Shown piece after piece: positions 30,051-38,760 of a stretch of DNA of 64,000 nt. Below the pieces are notes generated by a model, which was not told the origin of the DNA, made no database searches, and saw nothing but the letters and a program-made list of their open reading frames with translations. Numbering within the stretch: the first letter of the stretch is position 1; every line of letters starts with the position of its first letter. Source of the stretch: an uncultured Methylomirabilota bacterium (GTDB taxonomy: Bacteria > Methylomirabilota > Methylomirabilia > Methylomirabilales > 2-02-FULL-66-22); assembly GCA_963705305.1 (NCBI GenBank), contig OY970067.1, positions 1,824,001 through 1,888,000 of the forward strand, read 5' to 3'. Both the position numbers and the translations under genes were made by a program.

Positions 30051-30075
30051 CTGGGGACACCATTTATATATACGT
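30051..30075 (+). other. att-like site B, right half
   Basis: CTGGGGACACCATTTATATATACGT is identical (25 bp) to 18286-18310. Confidence 0.85.
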
Positions 30076-30847
30076 TCCACGCCGGGAAGTCCGCCCTCGA
30101 TACCGTAAGACATCCGTTCCGGAAAAGTACCCTACTCCTGAGCGATGGTGCCTCGCAGGTGCACGACGACCTCACCCTGATACGGGTAGCTGCGGGAGGA
30201 GAAGTCGTTTCGGGTGCAGCCCGCTGTGTACCCTGGCCGAGTACCTGTGGCTCCTGAAAATACGTAATCAGCTTCCCGGGTGCTCTTTCTCTCACTCTGG
30301 ACCCAGCGGCCTGCCGCGACGAATTCCGTGTGTGACCACAGGACCTGTTGCATGATGCCCATCGGGCCTGCCCGGCGCGCCGTTGCGGGTGGGATGGTCC
30401 GCGCGCGGAATGGTCTCCACCGCGACACCGGGCCGCGGCGGCACCCCGTGTCGGTAACGATGGAGTCGTCGAAAGGTCGGCGGACCAGCCTCCCCTTCGG
30501 GAAGCACACGGCCGGCTTTCCCATTTTCCTGGGAACCCCTTTCGGCGTGGTATGGGGCCCTGTCCCAGCCGCGCTTTTGGGGTAGCCCCTGCACTTGGAG
30601 CGGCCGGAGGAAAGAGACCGACGAGGAGGATATACACCTCCGACGCAGCAGGTTGAGCGCGGGGCGAGCCCAAAGCGGCAGGCACAAAAAAGCCTTCGGC
30701 TCGCGAGAGCCGGAGGTCTCGTCCTCGACAGCCGCCTCATCGCCGTGGTCAGCTGTATGGATGCCCATGCCGCACTCTGTGGCGGGAATCACGGTGAGGT
30801 TGGCGATGGGCCCGTCAATGGTCGTCTTGAGTCCGCGAGTCCCCGCG

Positions 30848-31024
30848 CTACGACGGCATGTGCAGGATGCGCACCGGCATCGCCCGCTCGGCGCAGTCGC
30901 AGTGCCCCACGCACACGATCTGCCCCACGTGGCAGGGGCACTCCACTTTCGGATCCGACGTCTTTCCACACGCGCAGTCCCGGTTCTTCACGGACGCCCG
31001 GTCGGACTTGTTTCCGTACTGCAT
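30848..31024 (-). CDS. Small Cys-rich protein, 58 aa
   Basis: AAGGAGGAG RBS; MQYGNKSDRASVKNRDCACGKTSDPKVECPCHVGQIVCVGHCDCAERAMPVRILHMPS. Confidence 0.45.
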   Translation of the reverse strand: MQYGNKSDRASVKNRDCACGKTSDPKVECPCHVGQIVCVGHCDCAERAMPVRILHMPS

Positions 31025-31427
31025 CACTCCTCCTTGGCACGTGCTTCCAAGCTCGCTTCGGCCTTTCACTGCGGTCGGCAAATGGTTCAAGACCGGTGCC
31101 AGGAGACGCGCAGAACGATTGCAGGTGGCCGAGACGAGGAAAGTCCAGTTAATGTGGCGGTTTGAGAGTCCGTGCTTCCCGACGTGTGTAGCCGCAATCC
31201 CCCACCAGGGCCATGGGCGTGAGATGCTTTGTCTCAGCGAAAGGCGCAGCATAGGTCGCTGCTGCCGGAGTATCGCTCCACTGCGCGCAAAAATTGCCGT
31301 CCGCAAAAATTCTCTTCGGCGTGCGCTCCGTTTTCGGGAAGCACATGTGTCTACACCCGCGAGCCGAATGCGTGATACCATGCCGCCATTGTATCGCAGC
31401 ACCTCACCCGTACAGGGAAGGACGGAG

Positions 31428-32762
31428 ATGACTCTCGACGAAGTGAAGCGTTCCGTCTATGCGGCCATTGACCAGCGTGCCGACGAGATCATTGCCATGG
31501 GCGAGCGGATCCGGCAGCATCCCGAGCTCGGCTTCAAGGAGGTCCAGACCGCGCGCCTGGTCGAGGAGACCTTCACAAACCTCGGCCTCCCACCGCGGAC
31601 CGGGCTCGCCATCACCGGGGTTCGGGCGGAGCTCCCCGGGGGAGCGGGGCCGGGGCCGAGCGTCGCCCTGCTCGGCGAGCTCGACGCCTTGGTCGTGGAC
31701 GGCCATCCCGACCGGGACCCGGCCACCGGGGCGGCGCACGCCTGCGGGCACAACGCCCAGATCGCCGCGCTCCTCGGGGCGGCCATGGGCCTCGTCGCCA
31801 GCGGCGCGGCGGCCCACCTGGCCGGGCGCGTCGTCCTCTTCGCCGTGCCGGCCGAGGAGTACGGCGACATCGCCTGGCGCCTCGCGGAACGCCAGGCGGG
31901 GCGCCTCGAGTTCCTCGGCGGCAAGCCCGAGCTCCTGCGCCTCGGCCAGTTCGACGATGTGGACCTGGCCGTGATGATCCACACGACCTCCCGCCCGGAA
32001 GAGGGCCAGGTCGGGGTCCCGGAGTCCAACAACGGCTGCGTGGTCAAGACCATCCGCTACATCGGCCGACCCGCGCACGCGGGGGGCGCGCCCCACTTGG
32101 GCGTCAACGCGCTGTATGCGGCCCAGATCGCGCTCGCGGCCATCAATGCCCTCCGAGAGACCTTCCGGGACGAGGACAGCATCCGCATCCACCCGATCAT
32201 CACGGCGGGCGGTTCCCAGGTGAACGTGATCCCGGCCGACGTCCGCCTGGAGACGTACGTCCGGGGTAAGACGGTGCAGGCCATCCTGGAGGCGGACCGC
32301 AAGGTGGACCGGGCCCTCCGGGCGGGGGCGCTGGCCCTGGGGGCCACGGTCGAGATCGAGACCTGGCCCGGCTACCTGCCGGTCGCCAATGATCCGCTCC
32401 TCCGGGAACACTTCCGCCGGCTCGCGGTGTCCCTCGTCGGGGCGGAGCACGTCCGCACTCTCGGGCACCGGGCGGGCTCGACCGACCTGGGCGACCTGTC
32501 CCACGTCATGCCCACGCTCCATCCCTACATCGGCGGGGCCGCGGGCGCCGGGCACGGGGCCGACTACCGGATCGTCGACCCGGCACTAGCGTACGTCACG
32601 AACGCCAAGTTGCTCGCCGGCATGGCCGTTGACCTGCTCGGGGATGGGGCCCGACGGGCCCGCGAGGTCGTGGCCCAGGCCAAACCGCAGATGACCCGGG
32701 CAGAGTACCTCGTGTTTCAACGCGGGATCACGCGGCGGGAGACGTACGAAGGGGGATCGTAG
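31428..32762 (+). CDS. M20-family amidohydrolase
   Basis: HPELGFKE, GELDAL, HACGHN, PAEE, GSTDLG. Confidence 0.93.
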   Translation: MTLDEVKRSVYAAIDQRADEIIAMGERIRQHPELGFKEVQTARLVEETFTNLGLPPRTGLAITGVRAELPGGAGPGPSVALLGELDALVVDGHPDRDPATGAAHACGHNAQIAALLGAAMGLVASGAAAHLAGRVVLFAVPAEEYGDIAWRLAERQAGRLEFLGGKPELLRLGQFDDVDLAVMIHTTSRPEEGQVGVPESNNGCVVKTIRYIGRPAHAGGAPHLGVNALYAAQIALAAINALRETFRDEDSIRIHPIITAGGSQVNVIPADVRLETYVRGKTVQAILEADRKVDRALRAGALALGATVEIETWPGYLPVANDPLLREHFRRLAVSLVGAEHVRTLGHRAGSTDLGDLSHVMPTLHPYIGGAAGAGHGADYRIVDPALAYVTNAKLLAGMAVDLLGDGARRAREVVAQAKPQMTRAEYLVFQRGITRRETYEGGS

Positions 32763-32826
32763 ATGACCATACCCACAACGCGGGTGCCAGTTGCTCAAGG
32801 AGAACCCTTGTAGGTACTCGTCGGAC

Positions 32827-32873
32827 CGTATATGTAAAGCGCATCCCCCTGGGGACACCACCGTGCCTGCAAC
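32827..32873 (+). other. att-like site C
   Basis: CGTATATGTAAAGCGCATCCCC-CT-GGGGACACCACCGTGCCTGCAAC; left arm mirrors the right arm of A and B. Confidence 0.8.
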
Positions 32874-33303
32874 ATGCTGCCCTCGGCCCCTTCTGTCCGC
32901 AAACACGGGCGACGGCCATAATAGTGGTCGCACCGCGTGGCACAGCATCTCACCACATCGCCGGTCTTGGAGAGCGCGGGAGTCCCCGATGACAGAGCGC
33001 GCTAGTGTCCCGAGTTGGAAGTTCGGTAACGAATTCGCCGGCCCACCAGGCCACCCCGGTAGGCCTTGGATTTGCTGGAGGATTTATAACCCGAGACACC
33101 AGGTTCCGCACACCAGGGTATGATTTCCATCCAGCTTCAGTAAGGAACAAAGGGCATTGTGGGAGCCGGGCTGAATGGCCGACTCAGACCGGAAGGCGCT
33201 GCAGGGCAAATTGGCGCAGCCCGGGTGCGACTCAGGGATCTCGAGCGCAAGGCGGCGGAGACGTGAGCCTGAATCAAAACGCTGCGTGGCTGAGTCAGAC
33301 GAG

Positions 33304-33332
33304 TTGCATTGTAGTTACACTGTCGGTATACT
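33304..33332 (+). promoter_or_regulatory. Promoter of the brnTA pair, probably leaderless
   Basis: TTGCAT-17 nt-TATACT, 6 nt before ATG 33339; TGTAGTTACA near-palindrome in the spacer. Confidence 0.65.
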
Positions 33333-33338
33333 TGTTTC

Positions 33339-33635
33339 ATGCCAGGGCTGCGAATCGAGTGGGACGAGTCCAAGAATCGTGCGAACGTGCGCAAGCACAA
33401 GATCTCTTTCCAGGAGGCGGCGACGATCTTCTATGATGAACGGGCGCTGCTCCTGGCAGACCCTGACCATTCCGAGGAGGAAGACCGGTTCATTCTGCTC
33501 GGACTCAGCGCCACGCTCCGGCTGCTGGTCGTCTGCCACTGCTACCGGCGCCGCGACGCGTCCATTCGAATCATCTCAGCGCGGAAGGCCACGAAGCCGG
33601 AGGCGGCGGTCTACGCGGACAGGTGGGGCCCATGA
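33339..33635 (+). CDS. brnT: BrnT-family toxin
   Basis: EWDESKNRANVRKHKISF...HSEEEDRF...IRIISARKAT. Confidence 0.92.
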   Translation: MPGLRIEWDESKNRANVRKHKISFQEAATIFYDERALLLADPDHSEEEDRFILLGLSATLRLLVVCHCYRRRDASIRIISARKATKPEAAVYADRWGP

Positions 33636-33850
33636 GAAAGCAGTATGATTTCAGCAAGGCGACCCGGAACCCCTATACGGCGCAGCTCAAGCGGCAGGTC
33701 ACGATCCGACTGGACGAGCCGACCATCCGCTACTTCAAACAGTTGGCCGAGGAGACTGGCGTCCGGTACCAGACCCTGATCAACCTTTACCTTCGGGACT
33801 GTGCGGCCTCGGGCCGCAAGTTGGCCCTGACCTGGAAGCCGGCGGCGTAA
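33632..33850 (+). CDS. brnA: BrnA-family antitoxin
   Basis: MRKQYDFS...VTIRLD...YFK...YQTLINLYL; ATGA overlap with the toxin. Confidence 0.9.
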   Translation: MRKQYDFSKATRNPYTAQLKRQVTIRLDEPTIRYFKQLAEETGVRYQTLINLYLRDCAASGRKLALTWKPAA

Positions 33851-33862
33851 TCTGGCGCCCGC

Positions 33863-33882
33863 GGGTCCCCCCGGGGACACCA
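33863..33882 (+). other. att-like site D (degenerate)
   Basis: GGGTCCCC-CC-GGGGACACCA, 12 nt after the brnA stop. Confidence 0.5.
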
Positions 33883-34123
33883 TAACCACCCCTGCTCGAC
33901 TCCTCGCGCTCTTCCGGTGTGTTTGATCCCCCTTGGAGCGTGATCCTGATAGTGGTGTTTCGCACCGAACGCCCCGCCTTGCACAATTCACTCGGCCGCC
34001 ACCTCCCCGGCACCACGGTCGGCCGATCAAGCTCGTGGCCGAGTTATCAGGCTTTTCGGGCAACCGCCCCCCTTGCTCTTACGACGCCGAGTTCTCCGCC
34101 GGTGACCAAGGATGATCTCCCGT

Positions 34124-34151
34124 TTGCCTTGATAGCATTCTGTGCTATCAT
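34124..34151 (+). promoter_or_regulatory. hicAB promoter and operator
   Basis: TGATAGCA-5 nt-TGCTATCA inverted repeat overlapping TTGCCT...TATCAT, 6 nt before ATG. Confidence 0.65.
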
Positions 34152-34157
34152 ACTCTC

Positions 34158-34412
34158 ATGACGACCAGGCAGCGACGGACGCTGCGAGCGGTGTCTGCTG
34201 TTCCGACTCGCACCAATCTGCGCTTCTCGGATGTCGCCGGCTTGATCGTCGCCCTGGGCGGCGAGGTCCGGGAGGGCGCCGCCTCGCGCGTGGTGTTCGA
34301 GTTGAAGGGAAGGCGTCTCTACCTGCATCGGCCACACCCCGTGCACGAGGCGAAGCGGTATCAGGTGGAAGAGGTGCGCGAGTTCCTGCCCGCGCTGGAG
34401 ATCCAGCCATGA
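34158..34412 (+). CDS. hicA: HicA-family toxin
   Basis: LIVALGGEVREGAASRV...LHRPHP...KRYQV. Confidence 0.9.
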   Translation: MTTRQRRTLRAVSAVPTRTNLRFSDVAGLIVALGGEVREGAASRVVFELKGRRLYLHRPHPVHEAKRYQVEEVREFLPALEIQP

Positions 34413-34738
34413 CGAACACCATGACGTATAAAGGCTACACTGCCCGGGTCGAGTACGATCCGCGGGACGAGATTTTCGTTGGCCGTGTTCTTGGGATCGA
34501 GGATCGCATCACATTTCAGGGCGCGACGGTCGCCAAGCTGCGTCGTGACTTTCACGCGGCAATTGATCACTACTTGGCCGACTGTGCCGCGCGCGGCCGG
34601 ACCCCGCAGAAGTCCTATTCGGGAAAGATCCTTCTCCGTGTGGCCCCCGAGATTCACGCCCGCGCCGCCATGATCGCCGAAGAGCAGGGCAAGAGCCTGA
34701 ACCAGTGGGCCGCGGAGGTCTTGGCCCGCGCCAACTGA
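34409..34738 (+). CDS. hicB: HicB-family antitoxin
   Basis: YKGYTARVEYD...ITFQG...YSGKILLRV...SLNQW. Confidence 0.92.
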   Translation: MTNTMTYKGYTARVEYDPRDEIFVGRVLGIEDRITFQGATVAKLRRDFHAAIDHYLADCAARGRTPQKSYSGKILLRVAPEIHARAAMIAEEQGKSLNQWAAEVLARAN

Positions 34739-34994
34739 AGCGGGCCGACCACCCGCGACTGCAGTTGGCTGAGAGGCAGGTACCCGCTAGCAGCCCCCGA
34801 TCAACCCTCCCTCCGCAACTGCACGACGTCCGGCCGCAAGTTGATCTTTGTCGGGAAGGCCGTAGTGTAGTCCGCAGGAAGCTGCCGTCCTATGAATGGA
34901 CGCGCAGACAACCGATCCCCGCCATTCCAATGACATCGATCAATCACCGCTTTTCCTGTCGTCATTGCGACATCACCAGACCCTCGATGGCAAA

Positions 34995-35042
34995 TGTCCA
35001 CGCAGGGTTGGGTCCCTTTGGGGACACCACCCCGCCCGCTAC
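34995..35042 (+). other. att-like site E (degenerate)
   Basis: TGTCCACGCAGGGTTGGGTCCCT-TT-GGGGACACCACCCCGCCCGCTAC; left arm like B, right arm like C. Confidence 0.55.
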
Positions 35043-35811
35043 TCCAGCCGGAGCTCTCGCACGCTTGTAGCCCAACTGGTTCCCGTCAGGGCGTCATCCG
35101 GGCAGATTGATTCGGGCCGCCCGGCCCGCCTTGGTAATCTGGTCAGCCACCCCCCTCAGGCACCGGGGCCGCCCGGTCAAGCCCCTGGCCGAACTCTCAG
35201 ACTCTTCGACGCGCGTCCCCTATCCATCCGCAATTCCGGAGAGAATGCGCAAGCCGTTGCCCGGCCGGATCAGTCAATTTAGTTTCAGAACTGCGCTGCG
35301 TCCCGGGCCATAAGTCTATTAAGTCTACTACGTCCCCTTGTATGGGCGGCCCCTGTGCTACTGGGTCGGAGGGCGTTTGCGGTTGACAGCCCGAGAGCCC
35401 GGCGATACTGTTCCACCGGCGGTTCGCCCGACTTCTCTCTTGCTATCCGGGGCGCGTTATGCGGAAACCATCTAAGCGTAGTTCAGCGGCACGATGCCAG
35501 CAACAAAAACGATCAGCGCCACTGATGGCTGTTTGCGACCCACAGCCGTCATAGACACTTTCAGTAGGCGGCCAATCACCTTATCGGTTCGCAAGGGGAT
35601 CAGCGTACTCATGATGCGCGAGATGGTTTTGACCGGTAGGTCTTGCAACTCACCGGTGCTAGATCCACGCTCCTTCCGGAAGGAGAGGGTCAGGGTGAGG
35701 AGGGACGATGCGCCGGCATCGGGAACGCACAGCGCCCGGTTCTTTTCTGGAGGCGGCAGACACGACCTGTTTTCGTACCATGAAACCGCTTAGCACGGAG
35801 GGGCTTCCCCG

Positions 35812-36654
35812 ATGGCGATCATCGATTCCCAGGTCCACGTCTATGAGGCGAACACGCCGAAACGGCCCTGGCACAGTGTGCCGAACTGGCCCGCTCACGT
35901 CACGGGTGACGAGATGGTGGCGGCGATGGACAAGGTCGGCGTCGACGGCGCGATCTTCATCTCCGCCTTTTCCATGTACCGGTACGACGCCAGCTACGCG
36001 GTGGAAGTGCAACGGGCCCACCCCGGCCGGTTCGCGCTCGTCAAGCCGGTCGATCCGGATAACCCGGCGGTGGCCGATGTCATCGCCGACTGGAAGAAGA
36101 CACCGGGCACGGTCGGCATCCGCATCATTATGACGAAGGAGGCGGGGCACGACCCGAACGACCCGGGCATCGACCGAATCCTGCGCGGAGCCGTTCGGCA
36201 CGACTTTCCGGTCAACATACTGTGCTGGGGTAACCTGAACGCGGGTGCTGCGCTGATCGACCGCTACCCCGACACGCGATTCATCATCGACCATCTGGGC
36301 ATCATGCAGCCCCGCACGCCGCCCGCCCCGCCCCAGCCTTGGGGCGACCTGCCGAAGGTGCTGGAGCTCGCCAAGCGCCCGAACGCGGTGATCAAGGTGA
36401 GCGGCGCCTGCACGCTGTCTCGGGAGCCGTATCCCTTCCCGGACATCTGGGACCCGCTCGCCCGCGTGTTCGACGCCTGGGGTTTCGACCGCTGCCTGTG
36501 GGGCACCGACTGGACCCGCGCCTTCGCGGTCGTCAACTACGAACAGGCCGTCGAGCCCTTCCGCCAGACCGACCGCCTGAGCGACAGCGAACGGGCGATG
36601 CTGATGGGCGGCGCCTGCGCCAAGGTCTACGGCTGGTCGCCGAAGAAAGGCTAG
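35812..36654 (+). CDS. Amidohydrolase family 2 protein
   Basis: IIDSQVH, IIDHLG, IKVSG, LWGTDW. Confidence 0.92.
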   Translation: MAIIDSQVHVYEANTPKRPWHSVPNWPAHVTGDEMVAAMDKVGVDGAIFISAFSMYRYDASYAVEVQRAHPGRFALVKPVDPDNPAVADVIADWKKTPGTVGIRIIMTKEAGHDPNDPGIDRILRGAVRHDFPVNILCWGNLNAGAALIDRYPDTRFIIDHLGIMQPRTPPAPPQPWGDLPKVLELAKRPNAVIKVSGACTLSREPYPFPDIWDPLARVFDAWGFDRCLWGTDWTRAFAVVNYEQAVEPFRQTDRLSDSERAMLMGGACAKVYGWSPKKG

Positions 36655-36791
36655 GTACTTCACCGCCCCATCAACCCACGCAAGAAACCCCGCCGCGTTC
36701 ACGACCAAGGGCAGCTTTGGTGAAACATTGCCAGCGGCGGATCATGGCCGAAATTAGCCACTCATAACAGTGTCTTCTGGGCGCGAGTGCC

Positions 36792-36855
36792 ACCGAACAA
36801 CGGCTTGCAGGACGACGCGCCGCAAGGGGGGGGCGCCTGAAGCCGGACGTTATCC
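36792..36855 (+). other. attC-like site
   Basis: R'' ACCGAAC, arms CGGCTT(G)CAGG / CCTGAAGCCG, R' GTTATCC. Confidence 0.75.
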
Positions 36856-36858
36856 GCA

Positions 36859-37569
36859 TTGGCGGGGACAGGTGTGTACGAACTCGATGAGGTAGTCCCC
36901 TGGGGACGGTCGTTCGGGGAGTACTGCCAGATGTTCGCCCTGGGCGATGTGGATCCGCAGGCGCGCATCCTCGGGTGTGCGGACGGGCCGGCGAGTTTCA
37001 ATGCGGAAGCGACGCGCCGTGGGCGCACCGTCGTCTCGTGCGATCCGCTGTACCGGTATGACGCGGCGTCCATCCGCGGCCGGATCGCCGCGACGTATGA
37101 CGTCGTCCTCGCCCAGACGCGCGCGAACCGGGCCGGGTTCGTGTGGGATACGTTCGCGTCGGTCGAGGAGCTGGGGGCCGCCCGGATGGCGGCCATGCGG
37201 ACCTTTCTCCAGGACTTCGACGCGGGCAAGGCGCAGGGGCGCTATGTGGAGGCCGCGCTGCCGACGCTGCCGTTTGCGGATCGATCCTTCGACCTCGCCG
37301 TGTGCTCCCACTTCTTGTTCCTGTACACCGAACAGCTGAGCGCGGCGTTCCACTGCGCGGCCATGCGCGAGCTCTGCCGCATCGCCGGGGAAGTGAGGGT
37401 GTTCCCGCTCCTGGCACTGGACGGCACCGAGTCGCGCCACGTCGAGGCGGTGGCGCGGTGCGTCGAGGCCGCGGGATTCGGGATGTCGATCGAGCCGGTT
37501 CCCTACGAGTTTCAGCGGGGTGGCAATCGGATGATGCGAGTCCATCGGCCGGCCTCGGCGCGGGGATGA
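36859..37569 (+). CDS. Class I SAM-dependent methyltransferase, gene cassette (start uncertain)
   Basis: ILGCADGPASF, LPFADRSFDLAVCSHFLF; bounded by attC-like sites. Confidence 0.85.
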   Translation: MAGTGVYELDEVVPWGRSFGEYCQMFALGDVDPQARILGCADGPASFNAEATRRGRTVVSCDPLYRYDAASIRGRIAATYDVVLAQTRANRAGFVWDTFASVEELGAARMAAMRTFLQDFDAGKAQGRYVEAALPTLPFADRSFDLAVCSHFLFLYTEQLSAAFHCAAMRELCRIAGEVRVFPLLALDGTESRHVEAVARCVEAAGFGMSIEPVPYEFQRGGNRMMRVHRPASARG

Positions 37570-37623
37570 CAATTGCATCGAGCAGCCTCGCTTCGCGCGC
37601 AGTTCATGCGCCAGGCGTTAAAG
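37564..37623 (+). other. attC-like site
   Basis: R'' GGATGAC (6/7 complement of the upstream GTTATCC), arms GCAT(C)GAGCAGC / GCAGTTCATGC, R' GTTAAAG. Confidence 0.7.
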
Positions 37624-37668
37624 CCCTCACGCCAGCACGCTCCTCTCCTCCCAGTGGGCAGATTCGCC

Positions 37669-37869
37669 CTACCCGCTACACAAAGGTGTTGAAGATTCGC
37701 TTGTCAATAGGCGCGATTCCTCTGTGGTTACAGCGCATTCCGTCCTTTTCGGATTGAGCTGACATCGAGGAAGATTTCTTCCCCGACAAGGCGTTCCGAT
37801 TCGGTCAACCAATTCATGCCGTTACTAGCGAAACGCCGACCGTTATCAACACCTTTGTGTAACGGCTAG
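37669..37869. mobile_element. MITE, 201 bp (family A)
   Basis: IRs CTACCCGCTACACAAAGGTGTTGA / TCAACACCTTTGTGTAACGGCTAG; 9-bp TSD AGATTCGCC. Confidence 0.88.
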
Positions 37870-38249
37870 AGATTCGCCCTTGATGGGGAGCCACATCAGA
37901 CTCGAACCCGTTACGTACACCGCCCCCCTCCCGTCCCCCCAGGGGGGAGAGCGGGGGGGACCGATCCGGCCGCCGGCAGGAGAAAGAAACAGGAGGGCCG
38001 CAAGTACTCGCGTTCATTTTGCACCTTGACTTTGCCCTCCGATAAAGGGTACGGTCATTCTGCTTGAAAGGCGCTCCCCGGCGACTCCTTCTGACGGCGG
38101 CGATGCCGGATGCAGAAATCATGGTGTGCGAACCCGTGGGCCCTGTGGGGACGGTGATCCCCAGAGGGCCGATGTGTTTCGGGACCGCGCAATCGGTGAG
38201 CGAGACGTAGCGTACGTATCCAACGTCCCCTTTCACGGAGGAGGCTGCT

Positions 38250-38603
38250 ATGGCTCGAAGCCCAAGCAGGAGACCGGCCAAACGAGAAGCACCGAAACGC
38301 CAGAGCAAGAGGGCGCGTGCCGCCAAACCAAGTGCTCTCCGCAAGCCTTCGGTATCGGAGCGCCTGGATGCGCTCGAAGCTCGAGTAGGCAAGCTGGTTA
38401 AGCATTTGGCCGATATACAGCGCCAGCCTGGGCCGGAGGGTCGAAGAGGACCAGCGGGCGCCGCAGGACCCCAGGGGCTGCCAGGGCCCAGAGGCGACCG
38501 AGGCGAGGTCGGTCCGATCGGTGCATCTGGACCGAAGGGTGACCCGGGCCCGCAAGGCCCACCCCGACCCCCTGCTCAGGTGTCAGCGGCCACCCTATAC
38601 TGA
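38250..38603 (+). pseudogene. Collagen-like (Gly-X-Y) protein, 3' end cut by IS21
   Basis: [58 protein letters not shown]21 begins at 38581. Confidence 0.7.
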
Positions 38604-38760
38604 GCCACCGGGGTCGGGGATACTGAGCCACCCAGGGTCGGGCATACTGAGCCACCTCGGGTCGCCTGATACTGAGCCACCCCAGCAGGCCGCCGGGTCC
38701 CTTGCGCTTCGCAGCCACATGGGGGCTTGCTCTCCGGGAACCCCAACCCGGAGGTGCCCC

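Larger units (their letters stand above)
28531..30052 (+). mobile_element. IS110-family element inserted at a CT core
   Basis: CT at 28529-30 and 30051-52; circle junction would form TTGACA-18 nt-TATATT; long left non-coding end. Confidence 0.9.

Noticed and set aside
38597..38681. Four ATACTGAGCCACC repeats at ~24-bp period as a CRISPR array
   Set aside because: Spacers are only ~10-11 nt, no cas genes, and they lie inside the IS21 end where multiple transposase-binding repeats are expected
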